A stretch of DNA of 63,666 nucleotides, filler included, from Rhabdomonas costata (GCA_019059605.1; 52 parts of 52 records of this genome joined end to end with filler, not necessarily neighbours in it), one strand, 5' to 3'. Counted from the first letter of the whole stretch, positions 1-12,984 are shown. Notes: generated by a model from the sequence alone, not told the origin. Program-made: numbers and translations.

Positions 1-383
1 GGGGGTTGGGTTTAAGAGTGGAGGGGTCAGCGGACCGACAAAATAGGCACCGCCAGCTCCACCTCCTTGCATTTTGTAGAGCCTCGAATTTACATTGCCC
101 ATTCTTAATAGTTGCACGGCCGAAGCGACCGAACGAAGGAAAAAGGACCTTCGCCACTGTACTGTTTGCTGATATGTTGCAATGTGAGGAAGTGGATGTA
201 AAGGAAAAAGGCCCCATTTATGAGCATTCAGATCAGTTGCTCTTGAAAGCCTGTTCGACTACGTTACACTGTGTTATGTACGTTTTGTGCTGGTGTCACC
301 ATACTGATTTCGGCGTGGCGTTATCATGGAAATCCAAATTCTTTCGGGAATACACTATGCTGCTATATCATGGGCATGCGCAG

Positions 384-486
384 GATGACTTGATGGCAGG
401 CCATGAGCGGCGCTTGCGGAATCTGGAGGAGGAGATTCGTGCGCGGGATGCTCTGCCGCAGATCTCTGCGGAAGCCGCAGAGCTAG
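384..486 (+). CDS. Putative internal exon, coiled-coil segment of unknown protein
   Basis: gcgcag|GATGAC...GAGCTAG|gtggcc; reads DDLMAGHERRLRNLEEEIRARDALPQISAEAAEL. Confidence 0.4.
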
Positions 487-1127
487 GTGGCCTCGCTGCT
501 TTCATCTTGACTCTTGTAGCCGCCGTTTTGTAAACCTGCCGTAAAAGCATTGACGGCGGTTCAGCCACATCTAGCAGGAAGGTACTGTGGCGCCATTGGT
601 TTTGTGGGTCACTCGACTACCTAGTGACGATCAGGGTTCTCCGTGGATTTTTTGAAGAGAGAATCCACAGCGCTAGTGCCACAGAACACTGTTCGCGGGT
701 TCCAGGAGTGTTTTTACGCAAAGACAATGGGAGATGGCACGGAGGATGGCCCAATTTATACTTCATGGCTTTATTTAAACTTGGAGGCTTGGAGGCGCAA
801 AAGTGTCGAAAGCCAAGTTTTGAAGATCATAGTACAGATGATTTGATGTGGCGTGCCCAATTTTTGTTGGCAACGCTTTCCTATCGAAAGAAGAAAGACG
901 CCGTTTTTGACACTCACGCCTGTGAGGGTGCTTGTCACCTGAACTGTGAGCGAATGGTGGAAACAGAAACGGAGGTGGTCTTTCGTTTCGAGGAAGGAAA
1001 AGCTGGCGGAGTGAGAGTGGTTGGTCTCACTCTTCGCAGGCAAGGTTCCAGCGGTGTCGCACGTCGTGGCGAACCCGCCCACTAATGTGGACAGCAGCCA
1101 GCCCACCAGCCCGCTGTACCTCATGCT

Positions 1128-1227
1128 NNNNNNNNNNNNNNNNNNNNNNNNNNNNNNNNNNNNNNNNNNNNTTAATTAATTAANNNNNNNNNNNNNNNNN
1201 NNNNNNNNNNNNNNNNNNNNNNNNNNN
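1128..1227. other. Artificial contig spacer N44-TTAATTAATTAA-N44 (first of 51, recurring about every 1226 nt)
   Basis: Identical 100-nt layout with a six-frame-stop palindrome, repeated throughout. Flanking sequences are unrelated. ORF-track peptides ending in X-runs followed by LIN come from it. Confidence 0.99.
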
Positions 1228-1783
1228 TGTGGTGGGGTGGGAGCTTCAAGAATTTAATGATAAGGATGTTGAATGTCAAAAGTGGATTCACCCGAAGAAA
1301 AATGTGTTGTCGCGAAGGGCAAAACTTCTTCCGTGTCTTGTGTTTTCTCTTGCACCTGTCCGAATTTCCAGTTTTTAAATACAAATCCGCTCTAACCCAA
1401 CCTTAACCAACCCAATCAAGCACCATTTTCTTACAGTCTATAATAAGAAATGATCAAGCCACAAGCTAGGTCCTCCGAGTAAGAGGCAGGCAGGTTCACC
1501 CCTCAGGCGAAGCTGAGCAGGGCGGTGGGGCAACATCCCCGATCCCAAGACAATCTTCGATTTTTTTTGAAAAAATTTCTAAGTGATTTTGCACTGGGTT
1601 AGTTCACAAGAGCCTAGCGAATTGGTCCCAAAGTCGGACCCCCGTGATTCCCGCATGGGAAGCAAGTGCAACCTACCCCGCAAAAAGATTCTGGAAGCCT
1701 CACAGCCGATCGCCGCTGCCCTCTATTCCACAACGAATTACAACTAGCAAAAGTTGCACACGTATAACTCCATGCAAAAAAAC

Positions 1784-2023
1784 CTGGTGCAGCGCCCGAA
1801 TTTCCGAGAACACTGAGAAGTTGCCTGGGGACAGAGGCTCCCCGCTCCGGCCGGAAAGGTCCCCCGAGCACCCGCAGCTGTCCACAGCCGCCTTCAGGCG
1901 CACCAGTCCACACAGCAGCGAGCGCAGGTGAAACGCCAGGATGACGCGGAAGAGCTGCACCCCGAAGAAGGTCACCGAGCACACGGCGACCAGAATCACG
2001 GAGAGGCGGTTGTTGCTCCAGAC
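1784..2023 (-). CDS. Putative exon: transmembrane helix plus HAMP-like linker (receptor cyclase/sensor-like)
   Basis: cccag|GTCTGG...CACCAG|gttttt, 240 nt, phase 0. Hydrophobic LSVILVAVCSVTFFGVQLF followed by ...SVFSEIRALHQ. Family assignment is inference. Confidence 0.4.
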
Positions 2024-2277
2024 CTGGGACAGGAGTCCCAAGGCGATGTTGCTTCATCACGACACGAAGTTCACGTGTGGTGCTTAAATTCCTCTCTGGA
2101 AGGACGGTGATGATGTCGATTCAACCAACTTCAGCTCCACAGTGGCTATAATTCCCAGGCTGCCCAGGAGTCAAAATATTAGCCCAATAAAGAAAACTGG
2201 CGAAAACCATCTTCTGAGAGGACGAACCAAAGACGACAAAGAACTGAAGCAAACGTGAAAGCGTGGTATGTGCGCGC

Positions 2278-2348
2278 GTGTGCTCGGATGTGTGCAAAGT
2301 AAAAATGCACAAGTTGTGCATTTTTACTTTGCACACATCCGAGCACAC
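2278..2348. repeat. Perfect palindrome (35-bp arms, 1-nt loop) at contig end
   Basis: gtgtgctcggatgtgtgcaaagtaaaaatgcacaa-g-ttgtgcatttttactttgcacacatccgagcacac. Confidence 0.95.
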
Positions 2349-4716
2349 ACCCCCNNNNNNNNNNNNNNNNNNNNNNNNNNNNNNNNNNNNNNNNNNNNTT
2401 AATTAATTAANNNNNNNNNNNNNNNNNNNNNNNNNNNNNNNNNNNNNNNNNNNNTGCTGCCTATCCTTTTGAGGTCATCCCCTCCCCCTCCACGCACACA
2501 CTGTAGCCCCAGCCTCCCAAGAAATGAGGACGGAACCTCAGAGAATTGAGCAGCAATGGAGAAACGATGCTACGCGACAAAAGGCCGGAACCCGTAGGGC
2601 AAATAGGAGGTTACCCGATGTGGAACGGTTGTGAGCCGTAACTCCACGGCATTGTGTGAGGTGTGTGGTGTGTGTTGTTGGGTATGATATAATGCACAGT
2701 AGATGCTTGAATGCGCGCGCCGGGAAAACCGAGAAATGCGAAGAACTGCCGAAAGCGTGGCGTGTGTTCGGCTCACGAAGACCTGGACTGGCGCTGGACA
2801 GCTGCACTTTTCGCACATAGATTAAATAGCTGGCTGCTCAGCACTCACACATCCACATCATCCGCGATGACGGAGAAGCAGGCGCTGTCTCTCCTCTGCT
2901 TCCGACATGTGTGCGCCGGGAGTCCGGTGGGTGGCGTGGACTGGACCGCCTGCTGAAAACCACAGTTAGAATGCCTCCGGAGCTAAGGTGGGCTGCCGGA
3001 TGCGCTTTCCATTATTCGTCGGTGGGGGAGCAATTGGTGCTCCAGTGCAGCTCCCCCCCCTTTCCCGGGAGACGTTCGCGAATGTGTAGTGCGTTTTTAA
3101 ACTTGCGTGATAACACAAAGGCCTGAGGCGGTCAACACAGAGTGTCGAAACCAAAGCGCACGTAGATGTTTCTCTAAACTATATAAACAACAAACTATAA
3201 TTCAGCATCACTTCCATAAGAATAACTCGAAGAGCTCGATGGACGTTATGGCAATTATCAACTCAGCTCAAAACCCCGGTTCTATTGTGCCAGTGAGGCG
3301 AGAAAAAAACATCGGGAGAATTGTTTAGAAACCTATCTGAAGGACAACCCCAAATGATTGCCTTGTGCACGGTGTGTGTGTGTGTATGTGGAGGTCCTTA
3401 ATCCACTTCCTCCTTTTGGGGTTTCAGGCGCCACAGCTTTGGGCCTGGGGAGATTGAGAATGCCATGGGCAGGGCCCGCTGCATCAGCCCCCCTCAAGGC
3501 CTTACCCTGGATGAGGTCCGAGACATCGTGGGCGGGCTGCTCTCGGGCCGCAGCCCACCCCCCACCAAACACACCCACCACNNNNNNNNNNNNNNNNNNN
3601 NNNNNNNNNNNNNNNNNNNNNNNNNTTAATTAATTAANNNNNNNNNNNNNNNNNNNNNNNNNNNNNNNNNNNNNNNNNNNNGTGGGGTGGGTGTGGGACA
3701 ACAATTCGACGAAATTCTTGGGAGCCTTTGTGCTGGACTTTCAGCACAATCTGAGGGGGTGGGAGCCAGCAAAAAATGCGAGAAGCTGCTCACATTTCTT
3801 GCAACTCTTGGAATTGCAAACAAAAAAATAGAACCAAACTCAGACTTATACGCCAGCTCAACAATGAGAATAAGGCAAAGCGCAAAAACGTACCATGCCC
3901 CCTTTCTTGAGCAGTTGTAAAGCTGGAGAAGCTTAATGTTCCATAATCATTAACTTCAATGTACAATGAGCAAACGATTATCACTTTTGAGATGGCACGG
4001 GCAACACAAGCCGTCCCAGCCGCATAAATTTTCTTGCGCCCAAGTGATGGCTTTCTTAATAGCTCAATAAATCCACCCACTGTCCCTTGTGGCTCCTTCA
4101 ACTCCACTCACAGAGGTTTAACCCCCTCCTCTGTGGTGGGGAAAAACGCCTTGGGCGAAAAACAATGTGATAGAAGTGCCCCCTCATGAAAACACCCCAA
4201 GAAAACGAGCATTAGCAGGCAGCGAAACAGTCAGGCGTGCAGGTGCAGGCGGCGTAAGGATCGATCGTAGGAACGTGCACACAACAAAACAGAATCTGAT
4301 GACGTCGCAAACACAAAAATAAACTCCAAAACGAGACCAGGGTCATTTGCTCTTGACCGCGGCCATACCCGCAAAGAAGAGTAGTGAAACATGGTTTGGC
4401 TTTACATCCGCCAACACATCGCCAGGTGAGGGAGTCATGCAAATGAGCCTAGGAACTCCGATTGGCGGAATTCGAGTTGTAGCAGAACAATACGAAAATT
4501 TCACTACCACCAATCAATTCCCTTGCTCTAGTCCAGATGCAGATGAAGGCTGGCAAGAAGCGTCTGTCAGGCACTTGGAACAACACCCCGCCCATAACAC
4601 AAACCTCGCCACTCAACAATCAGGGAAACTCAACTTGCTTCGTACGCTCAATTTTCACATTCGTTCGGGATCCTTCAATCTATAATCAATCTGAAGCCAC
4701 AAGCCACAAAGGCTGG

Positions 4717-4774
4717 ATTTGGCATCCCCATCCCCATTGGGTGCATGATCCCAATGAGGATGGGGATGCCAAAT
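4717..4774. repeat. Inverted repeat (25-bp arms, 1 mismatch, 8-nt loop) near contig end
   Basis: atttggcatccccatccccattggg / cccaatgaggatggggatgccaaat. Confidence 0.9.
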
Positions 4775-5875
4775 ACGATGCCTATTGCAAATAAGCATAC
4801 CCACAAACNNNNNNNNNNNNNNNNNNNNNNNNNNNNNNNNNNNNNNNNNNNNTTAATTAATTAANNNNNNNNNNNNNNNNNNNNNNNNNNNNNNNNNNNN
4901 NNNNNNNNGTGGTGTTGGCACTCAGGGGTGAGTGAGGTTTGCCTTCGCACAATCAGTGAACTTTGCCATCATGCTTCCACCCCGACAAAATGGATAGATT
5001 CCTCTCAAAGGTTTTTGAAAAGCCAGCCTTCTTCACTCAAACCACTGCATTGTCCCCGATTCGACCACGAGAATAAAAAATGAGTTGCTACCCTGTGGTG
5101 CAGTTGGAGAAATCACGTGAATCAGGGGTGGTTATCATCATGACAAGAACTCGAAGGAGTTGGAAAGCCCTTTTGGATTCTGGAGAGCGGTCACCACGGA
5201 AGTGCAAATGCAAACCTCACTCACCCCTGAGTGCCAACAGCGCCAAGTCCAAATGCCCCTAAAGGGACTTCCAATTCACAGTCAATTACCGAGTCACACA
5301 CACACACACACACACGGGGCCGGCGGGTGCAGGGGCACACTGTGGAGCACAGCACAAACGTGGCCAGCACGGAGAGGAAGGTAGCCCACCCACCGTAGCA
5401 CACGTCGTACTCCAGGCTGCCGAACCACGGCCCGCAGCCCGCCGACAGGGCGCCCATAAGCCCCCGGCCAAGCAGAGAGGGCAAGCCTGCGAACCCCCCC
5501 AAACTGCAAACATGTGTATGTGTAGTGGGACAGTTACTCTTCACGAAGTTGACATACGTAGATCCGTGGCTCACTGCCCCAGCGTCGATTCCAGATTGAT
5601 TCCGAGCAGCCTTGCAATGCAGTGTTCGGGTTCCCGATGCAAGGGTCACGCAGTGACAATCGGAGAGACAGAGAGAGTAAGCACCTACAAACCCACAACA
5701 ACCCAAATTGCACATCTAGAATAGCAAAGACCACCAGAAGCAAACTACAAGTCCAAAATAAGCACACACTTTGGGCACGAGGGCAACTTTTTTATGGGGA
5801 AGACTCTGGGTTCCCCACTCTCGATGGGGCATAGGCCCATTGGAGCCTCTCCCCCTCTCTGTCACCTCTGCGCCT

Positions 5876-5969
5876 CGCAGGGTTGGAGTCCCCCTCAGGA
5901 CCTACGGCCGATCCGACTGGCGCGTTCAGAATACTCCTTATGGGCCCCCAACCCTCCGCGCTCGTACAC
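5876..5969 (+). repeat. Dispersed repeat, copy 1 (homologous to 16935-17054, minus)
   Basis: Shared cagggWtggWgtccccctcMggacctRcgRccgat...ccgactggYgcgtt...cccaaccctccgcgctcgtaYac. Confidence 0.85.
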
Positions 5970-6631
5970 GCCTAATGAGAACACACACAGACACACACAC
6001 GACTGGTATCGAAGACTCATCATCACCACACACCNNNNNNNNNNNNNNNNNNNNNNNNNNNNNNNNNNNNNNNNNNNNTTAATTAATTAANNNNNNNNNN
6101 NNNNNNNNNNNNNNNNNNNNNNNNNNNNNNNNNNGGTGTGGGGGGCTCAAAAGACATGGTCATGCATCATGAACGCCCCCCCCCCCCCCGAAGATCGGTA
6201 CTTACGAGAAAAGCAAGGAGGTCAGTTGCCCACATTACAATCATATCACATTGCAATCATACCCATCCTATCAAATGATGAAACGAGGCAGCTGCGATGA
6301 ATACTAATCTACGGCCAGAAGGTTGCGTTTCACTTGTATCAAAGAGCACCGAGCCGAGAGGAACAGTTTCTGACCCATGGATTAGTGGGGTGTATTCATC
6401 CCAGGGTCTCTCTGCTGTGCCACCTGAAAGTGGGGTGCACCAGCGCACATGGAATGCAGTTTGGTTGATCTCGGAACCAACTGGATTTCGATCGAGCCAC
6501 CAGGCATGATACAACCAGCTCTCAGCAGTGCAACTATCAATAGTTGGGTGGGATTGCTGTTTTCCCTTGAACCGCAGTGGTCCTCTCCTCTGGCTGCCGG
6601 CGTGCACTCTCCTGTTTCCTTCCTTACTCAG

Positions 6632-6735
6632 TCTCTGCTGAAGTTCGAGGAAAACGGTGATGGCAGCTTGCTGGTGTCCCGCTCCCAGTTCACGGAGGTG
6701 TCGAACTGCGAGCTGTCCTTCGTCTCACTGGAGAG
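6632..6735 (+). CDS. Putative internal exon, unknown protein
   Basis: Pyrimidine tract + cag|TCTCTG...GAGAG|gtcgga; GC3-rich codons; SLLKFEENGDGSLLVSRSQFTEVSNCELSFVSLE. Confidence 0.4.
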
Positions 6736-9700
6736 GTCGGACTCCCGCCATCGGGCTATTATCAATAGCTATCACATGATTTCTCTCGTATTTACGCTCA
6801 CATTTTTTCTGCGTTTTTTTTTGCTCCTTTGTTTCGCGCAGAACGCATTGGGTACATTATGCGACCTCTGATGCTCTGAGCCATCTCTCGGTTGGGGAGG
6901 TTGAACCCAATTGCTGAGCTAAGGCTTTGAAACAGAACTATCCCAAAGTGACAGAGATGAGTAAGCCACCGGACCCTGCCTCTGTGTTGGTCACCACACA
7001 CTCATACATAGCACAATTCATGCAAAAGGATCATTGACCTTTCTCTTGCACTCACGGTGGAGAGGTGGCGTCTCCTATCCCCCCGCGTCCCGTCAACGAC
7101 AAGAATCTGCTTTGCATCATTATCACGCCCGGTGTCATGTTTCGTTCATCGGCTTTGGAGGGACATTGCTAATCTAATCTAATCTCATCTATTTTTAGAC
7201 GCTTCTCGATGCCTAGATGTTCACGTGCTCCCTCCATGTGCTTCTGACAATCCTTTTTAGTNNNNNNNNNNNNNNNNNNNNNNNNNNNNNNNNNNNNNNN
7301 NNNNNTTAATTAATTAANNNNNNNNNNNNNNNNNNNNNNNNNNNNNNNNNNNNNNNNNNNNGGTTTGTGGGTGCAGCAAGGCCAGCCTCCCCAACCGAGG
7401 GTACTGAGAGACAGGCCAGGCGCGAGCAAAGCACCTTGCGTAATAAAAAACAGCCACATGATTTGCAACATTGTGGCTGCAACATTCAGAATAGGAGGTG
7501 GGAATGGGGATGAAGTTCAGGTTCAAGGGCGAGGGAAAGGTTTTGAGTGAAGAGCTTGAGGAATGTGAGAGAAGTGGCTGAAGAAAAGAGGTGGGCGAGG
7601 TGGTTTTTGGTTGGAGAGAAGTGGGGGAACAGGGCAGCTGAGGCACAGGGCTTTGAGAGGACAGGGAGGAGGCTGTGCTACTGACTTTGTGAGCAGTGGG
7701 GTCACGAGTATGATTGCAGGTTATGGCGTGCCTTCTTTCTCACAAGTCATCAACATCTGAACCCTCGACGATACTTCTCTATCGAAAAGCCACAGCGGTG
7801 AATATGCGGGCAATGAAGTGGCAAGAGCGAGAGAGTGTAAGAGAAAAAACAGACATGTTACCAAAATAGCAGTGACCGAATGCACCCCCTTCTCAATCGA
7901 TCGGTCAACCGCCGCAAGCCGAGCGTTACAAACTGCGGAGTGGCAGCAGAGGATGTACGTCCACCCCAGCCGCAGCTCTGTGCACAGGAGCGGAGCCGCT
8001 GGCCAAGGAGTTGTTTTATGGTGGTCGCAGGTTGGTTTGAATGTGTATATGTGGAAAAGGAGAGGGGATAAACTTGTAACTGTGCGATGATGACGATGAC
8101 TGAGGCGAACAGTGGTCCATCATAACCTCAGAGACGGGGGTAAAACAAAAAAATGCCACCCCTGGAGGATGTATAAGCACCAGAAGATTTGGTGACAGCG
8201 GTTGGGACACACCGAACGACCACCACCATTACCACCAGCACCAGCACCCACCACTTCGCAGGGCTTTCGCCTTTCTTCCTCGAAGAAGAATAAAAGCAGG
8301 AAAAAAACTTCAGAGCTTATATGGGCACAAGACACCACCACCAAAACCACCACCACCACCGAACCCTGTGCAGACCCCAAATGCATGGCATTCCAGCTTT
8401 CAGCACTTCATTATTTTTTCATCATTTTCCTATGAAGAACAGAGTCAGAGTCGGAACGTTACATTTCGACAGTCCGCTCGAAATTGAANNNNNNNNNNNN
8501 NNNNNNNNNNNNNNNNNNNNNNNNNNNNNNNNTTAATTAATTAANNNNNNNNNNNNNNNNNNNNNNNNNNNNNNNNNNNNNNNNNNNNGTTTGTGGGTAT
8601 CTCAGCAAGTAGGGCGGTCTGTCGCCAGAGAACTGGGAACATGGACCGCCCCATCTTTGTGTGTGCACTGTCCCATCGGTGTCGGGCGCCTCGACACCCT
8701 GGTGGTTGGCGATCGTCATTGCCTTTTTCTTTTCGAAACCTTCGAGCATTGCAGCTGCGCTCGGGGATATCTAACCCGATGGCATTTCGGTTGCAAGGTT
8801 CTCAATAACAATATCCATTGTTGATTTATGGTGGAAATATTTGAATGAGGAACTTATTTGAAAAGATAAGAAGCCTCTACAGTCGTCAGTGCAAAGGGAG
8901 GTTCTTCAAAATCATTTTTTAAATGCAAGTTGACATATCGGGAGCAACTGTCCGCCACAAATGCAGGCGCAACTCCAGAAGTTGGCAAAATTCCTGTCAT
9001 CCCCCTTCCTCCAACTAAAGCATGACGGAAAATTGGACCAGTTTAGAGATGTTTTTTCGCGTAGTCATCCATTTACCAGTGTTCAGATGTTTTTCAGGTG
9101 TTGCCGGTGCACAACCATTGTTAAAAGATCCCTTGGATACAAGATTAGAGTGAAGCAGGAGACGGTTTTGGTTGTCTGTCCTCAGAGCCTTTTCTTTGTG
9201 TCTGTCTGATGCCGGTCTGTCCCGCCACGAACGACATCGTTTTGTTCCCATCCCCACGGTGTGGTCAGGATTCTGGCCTGCACTTCTTCTTTTTTCTTTT
9301 GCTCTTATCGGGAATCCTTCTGCGGTATCCATTTACCCTTTGAGGCTTCGGACAGAACTGCATCGTTCGACCTTCGTCATCCCTGCTATGTGTTGCGTGT
9401 TTTGGAATTCATTAGCCTTGGTACTGCTGCTGTAATTTTTTCAAATGTGGTCTGCGCTTTGATTTTGCTCTTCGTCCTTAGGTAAAAGGCCTTGGCCTGC
9501 CTACAGTGCTGTGAAAAGGTAAATGTCGAAGACCTTGCCACCCGTGCCTCAGCCCGCTGGGACTCGGCAGTCCGCCTCCCCTCAGGCGAAGCCGAAGGCG
9601 GGGGGTGCTTTGCCGGCCATTGGGTACCCCCCCACCCCAACACACAACCTTTCTACCCGTCTGCCTCGATTCATCGTGTCTTCAGTAATTGGTCTGGGGG

Positions 9701-10707
9701 TGTCCCCCCAACCCNNNNNNNNNNNNNNNNNNNNNNNNNNNNNNNNNNNNNNNNNNNNTTAATTAATTAANNNNNNNNNNNNNNNNNNNNNNNNNNNNNN
9801 NNNNNNNNNNNNNNGGTTGTTGTGGTATCCATGCTCCAGCTTCCATTCGAGAAAAAAGCCTCCCTATTTATGGGCTTGTTGTTATTATTTTTGCATTTTG
9901 CTGGGCACGGGTCTTTTGGGGATTTTTCTGTTTGCATCCTGCCACTGCTTGCTGCTTGAATTGTCACTCAAAAATGCATGTTGTCTCCGTCACAGGTCAG
10001 GAGGAGCTTCCACCCAAGCGTCTCCATTCGTTTGGACACTACTTGGCTTCCCCTCGGGCTTTCGAAAGGTTCCTCTCGCTCACTTTCTCACCTGGAAGGA
10101 CGCAGCGTTGGCCCAAAGGAATTTCATGTTTCGCTGTGGCGACCGGAAGGGGGATGAGGACACGGAGTTGGGGGTCCGTCTGACGAGTGGTATCCCCAGT
10201 CCAAGTTTTGCAGGAGTTGGTTTTGATTTGTTTGGTTTGGTTCGGTTTTCCACAGGTTGGGCAACTGGTATGCATTCCAGTCTCTGGTCCAGCAGCAGAT
10301 ACGCCCGATGACGAACGAGCTGGCGCAGCATATCAAAAGGCGGCACAACGAGGAGGCACGGAGCCCTTGCCCCTTACATTGCTCCTAAATTTTGCTCTTG
10401 CTCCACCAGTCCTTGTCTGCCATGACGCTTTTGGCTACTAGGTTGTTCCTTTCTGAAATACCTTGAGCGGCTCCGCCGACAACACCACTAAAACTCACGG
10501 CAGTCAAAACAGAGCATGCCCCCCACAGTTGGCGCCAACTTAGTGCAAAACACCAGTTCCGCATATACAGCCTCTCTCCCCTCGCCCTGGGGTCCCTTTC
10601 CTTTCGGAATTCTAGCCATTGTGGGAGACCTGGACGCCAACGTGTGCTTCTCTCGAAGCCTTGCAGGGTGTTCGGGTTCTGCCTGTTTGGTGATCCCACA
10701 CATTACA

Positions 10708-10766
10708 CACCATTCAGGCCGCTGGATAGTGGTGATAGTCACCACTATCCAGCGGCCTGAATGGTG
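10708..10766. repeat. Internal perfect hairpin (28-bp arms, 3-nt loop)
   Basis: caccattcaggccgctggatagtggtga-tag-tcaccactatccagcggcctgaatggtg. Confidence 0.95.
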
Positions 10767-12113
10767 CGTGGTGGTGGGTCACCAAACAATAAAACCTCAC
10801 TTTGACCCCATTCGCTGGAATCCTCACAGCTCCTTAATCGCTGGGTTGTAAACTTGTCTGTCCTTTATCATTTTCCTGGCTCATTCATCATTATCTTCTG
10901 CGCAGTTGATGGATTGGCCAGGAAAATGATAAAAAACACANNNNNNNNNNNNNNNNNNNNNNNNNNNNNNNNNNNNNNNNNNNNTTAATTAATTAANNNN
11001 NNNNNNNNNNNNNNNNNNNNNNNNNNNNNNNNNNNNNNNNGTTGGTGTGTCGACAGTGTGCTGAGATGCCTGCTTCAGGTTGGGCGCCCATCATAATGCC
11101 CAGTGGCGGCTGCCGTGTGAGCTTTTGGGTAAGCGGGCGGGTGCTGGGGGGCCGGGGGCAGGAGTTGAGGAGGCCACCTCCTCCACCTCTGGCTCAGAAC
11201 CTGCCTGTGCGGTGGCGGGGGTATGTTCTCCGATCGCCTTCCCCCGCGAGTGCAGTAACGTCGCGGCCTCTCCGATCACAACTGCGGGAGGTGTCGCCCC
11301 TGTGGTAGCGATTCCTTCTTGGTCCATGCCGAACAATACATCCTGCTTGCCCTCATCCCCGATGATGGCCTCTGCTTCCCCAGCCTGCCCTGGTCAGGCC
11401 TCCTGGACCCCTTCTTGGCCCACGGTGTCATTGGGCAGCATCTCCGAGGTTGTGTCCCCGCTGAGGAGCTTCCCGGTAGCCCCTGTGGTGGTTTCGTCCC
11501 CGCTTCGGGGTCCCACGGAGTGGGCGGTGGGTCCTCGGGGGGCTGCCGTGGGTCCTCTTCCCCCGCCACCCATAGGGTGCCCCTTGCTGGCGGGCGACGA
11601 GGGCTTTGTGGCCCTTCTGACGTGCTGCACTGGGCTGACTCACCCTGGCGTGTTCCACCCCGAGATGGTGGCGACACGTCCCCCGCCGACGTGGGGGGTG
11701 CTGCCTCCCCAGGCACCTCACCAGGAGGGGGGCGGGCTGATGGCTATCATGCAGACCGTCGACATTCCTCCAAGCCACGGTGGCGATTTTTGTGGGCGTG
11801 AGTAATGGTAATAAGAGGGTGCTTTTGAGGGATACCGCTGGCTCCCTGACCTTACCATACCCTAACAAGGCTGTACTGGTGTTCCAATGGGCAATGTGAT
11901 TGGGGTTCGAGAGGTGTTATGGCGCGTCATGAGTGCCCTGTGCGAACGCGAGTGTGGTCAGAAGATGGTCTGAGAAGAGACTTTTTGGGCACCGCAGCCT
12001 GAGATGTGCAGTGGGCGTGATACAGCAGTTGAGAAACTGACAAGTCTCAGCAGGTACTATGGGATACCAGTAGGAAATCATGGTCGGAAAAGAGAAGGCG
12101 AAAAAGGCTTTGA

Positions 12114-12167
12114 GGTTGAGTGCTGAGAAGGTGTTTGAGGTAAAGAGTGCCTTCTCAGCACTCAACC
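12114..12167. repeat. Terminal inverted repeat (18-bp arms)
   Basis: ggttgagtgctgagaagg ... ccttctcagcactcaacc, ending exactly at the contig edge. Confidence 0.9.
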
Positions 12168-12648
12168 NNNNNNNNNNNNNNNNNNNNNNNNNNNNNNNNN
12201 NNNNNNNNNNNTTAATTAATTAANNNNNNNNNNNNNNNNNNNNNNNNNNNNNNNNNNNNNNNNNNNNGGGGTGGTGGCTCTTATTCCACGTACAGGCGCA
12301 AGGTGACAATAAAGGCAAAAAGGAAAGGGGGTGGCGATGTCATCGAATCCTGCAAGCCACAGCAATAGTTCCCGGTTTTATCACGACCTGTTTTTCTCTC
12401 CGTTAATAAACAGGATATACATGATAGCATTTCTGTTCCGAGGTGGGAATGGGCTTGGGAATGTCGTCGTATGGTGGTGTCCTTGAAGGGAGGTTATGGT
12501 GGGGAGGTAGTTTGCTCAGTAAAACGCTCGCAGATGCGAATCCGTTCCTTGCAAGCGTAAGCGCATGGCAAAAGGTCACGAAGCTAGATAGAAAGAAAGG
12601 GTCCCATCTACAAATTGAAAACCGCCCGTACTGTCTTTGTTGTGAGAG

Positions 12649-12883
12649 GCAAACCTCGACGAGAGCGCGTCTCCATTGGGTGGAGGGGTGGGGGGTCAGG
12701 CCCTGTTCACTACGGCCTACGCGATCTTCATGCGGTGGGACTTCCTGCGGAAGTTTGGAGTGGACGAGGCCGTGGTGATCAACTTCCTGAGCCAGGTTGA
12801 GGGGGGCTATCACCCCAACCCCTACCACAACAGCATGCACGGCGCGGACGTGCTGCACATTGTGCACTACATCCTGAACATCG
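12649..12883 (+). CDS. Class I 3',5'-cyclic nucleotide phosphodiesterase, catalytic-domain exon
   Basis: gagag|GCAAAC; ...FLSQVEGGYHPNPYHNSMHGADVLHIVHYIL, the PDEase_I YHNxxHxxDV metal-binding signature. The 3' boundary has no GT donor. Confidence 0.93.
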
Positions 12884-12984
12884 GCCGCGATACGGAAACC
12901 AGGCAAACTTGAGCACCACAAAAAAAAAGGAAAACTCAAAAACGGCGGTGGGAGTCTCGGAGAGAACCTGGCTGTACGTAACAC

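Noticed and set aside
3960..4070. RNase H-like words (AIKKAITWAQ...LKSDN) on the minus strand
   Set aside because: Short, stop-bounded and lacking the other catalytic motifs
7925..8030. DEAH helicase OB-fold-like YVHPS
   Set aside because: Five-residue resemblance only; the surrounding sequence does not fit
11080..11805. 241-aa ORF and overlapping antisense ORFs
   Set aside because: GC-rich, Pro-rich sequence open in several frames with no recognisable motif; coding strand cannot be assigned
12897..12975. Euglenid-type non-conventional intron using aacCAGG...CCTGgctgt
   Set aside because: Splicing there gives a TAG within five codons and no PDE continuation
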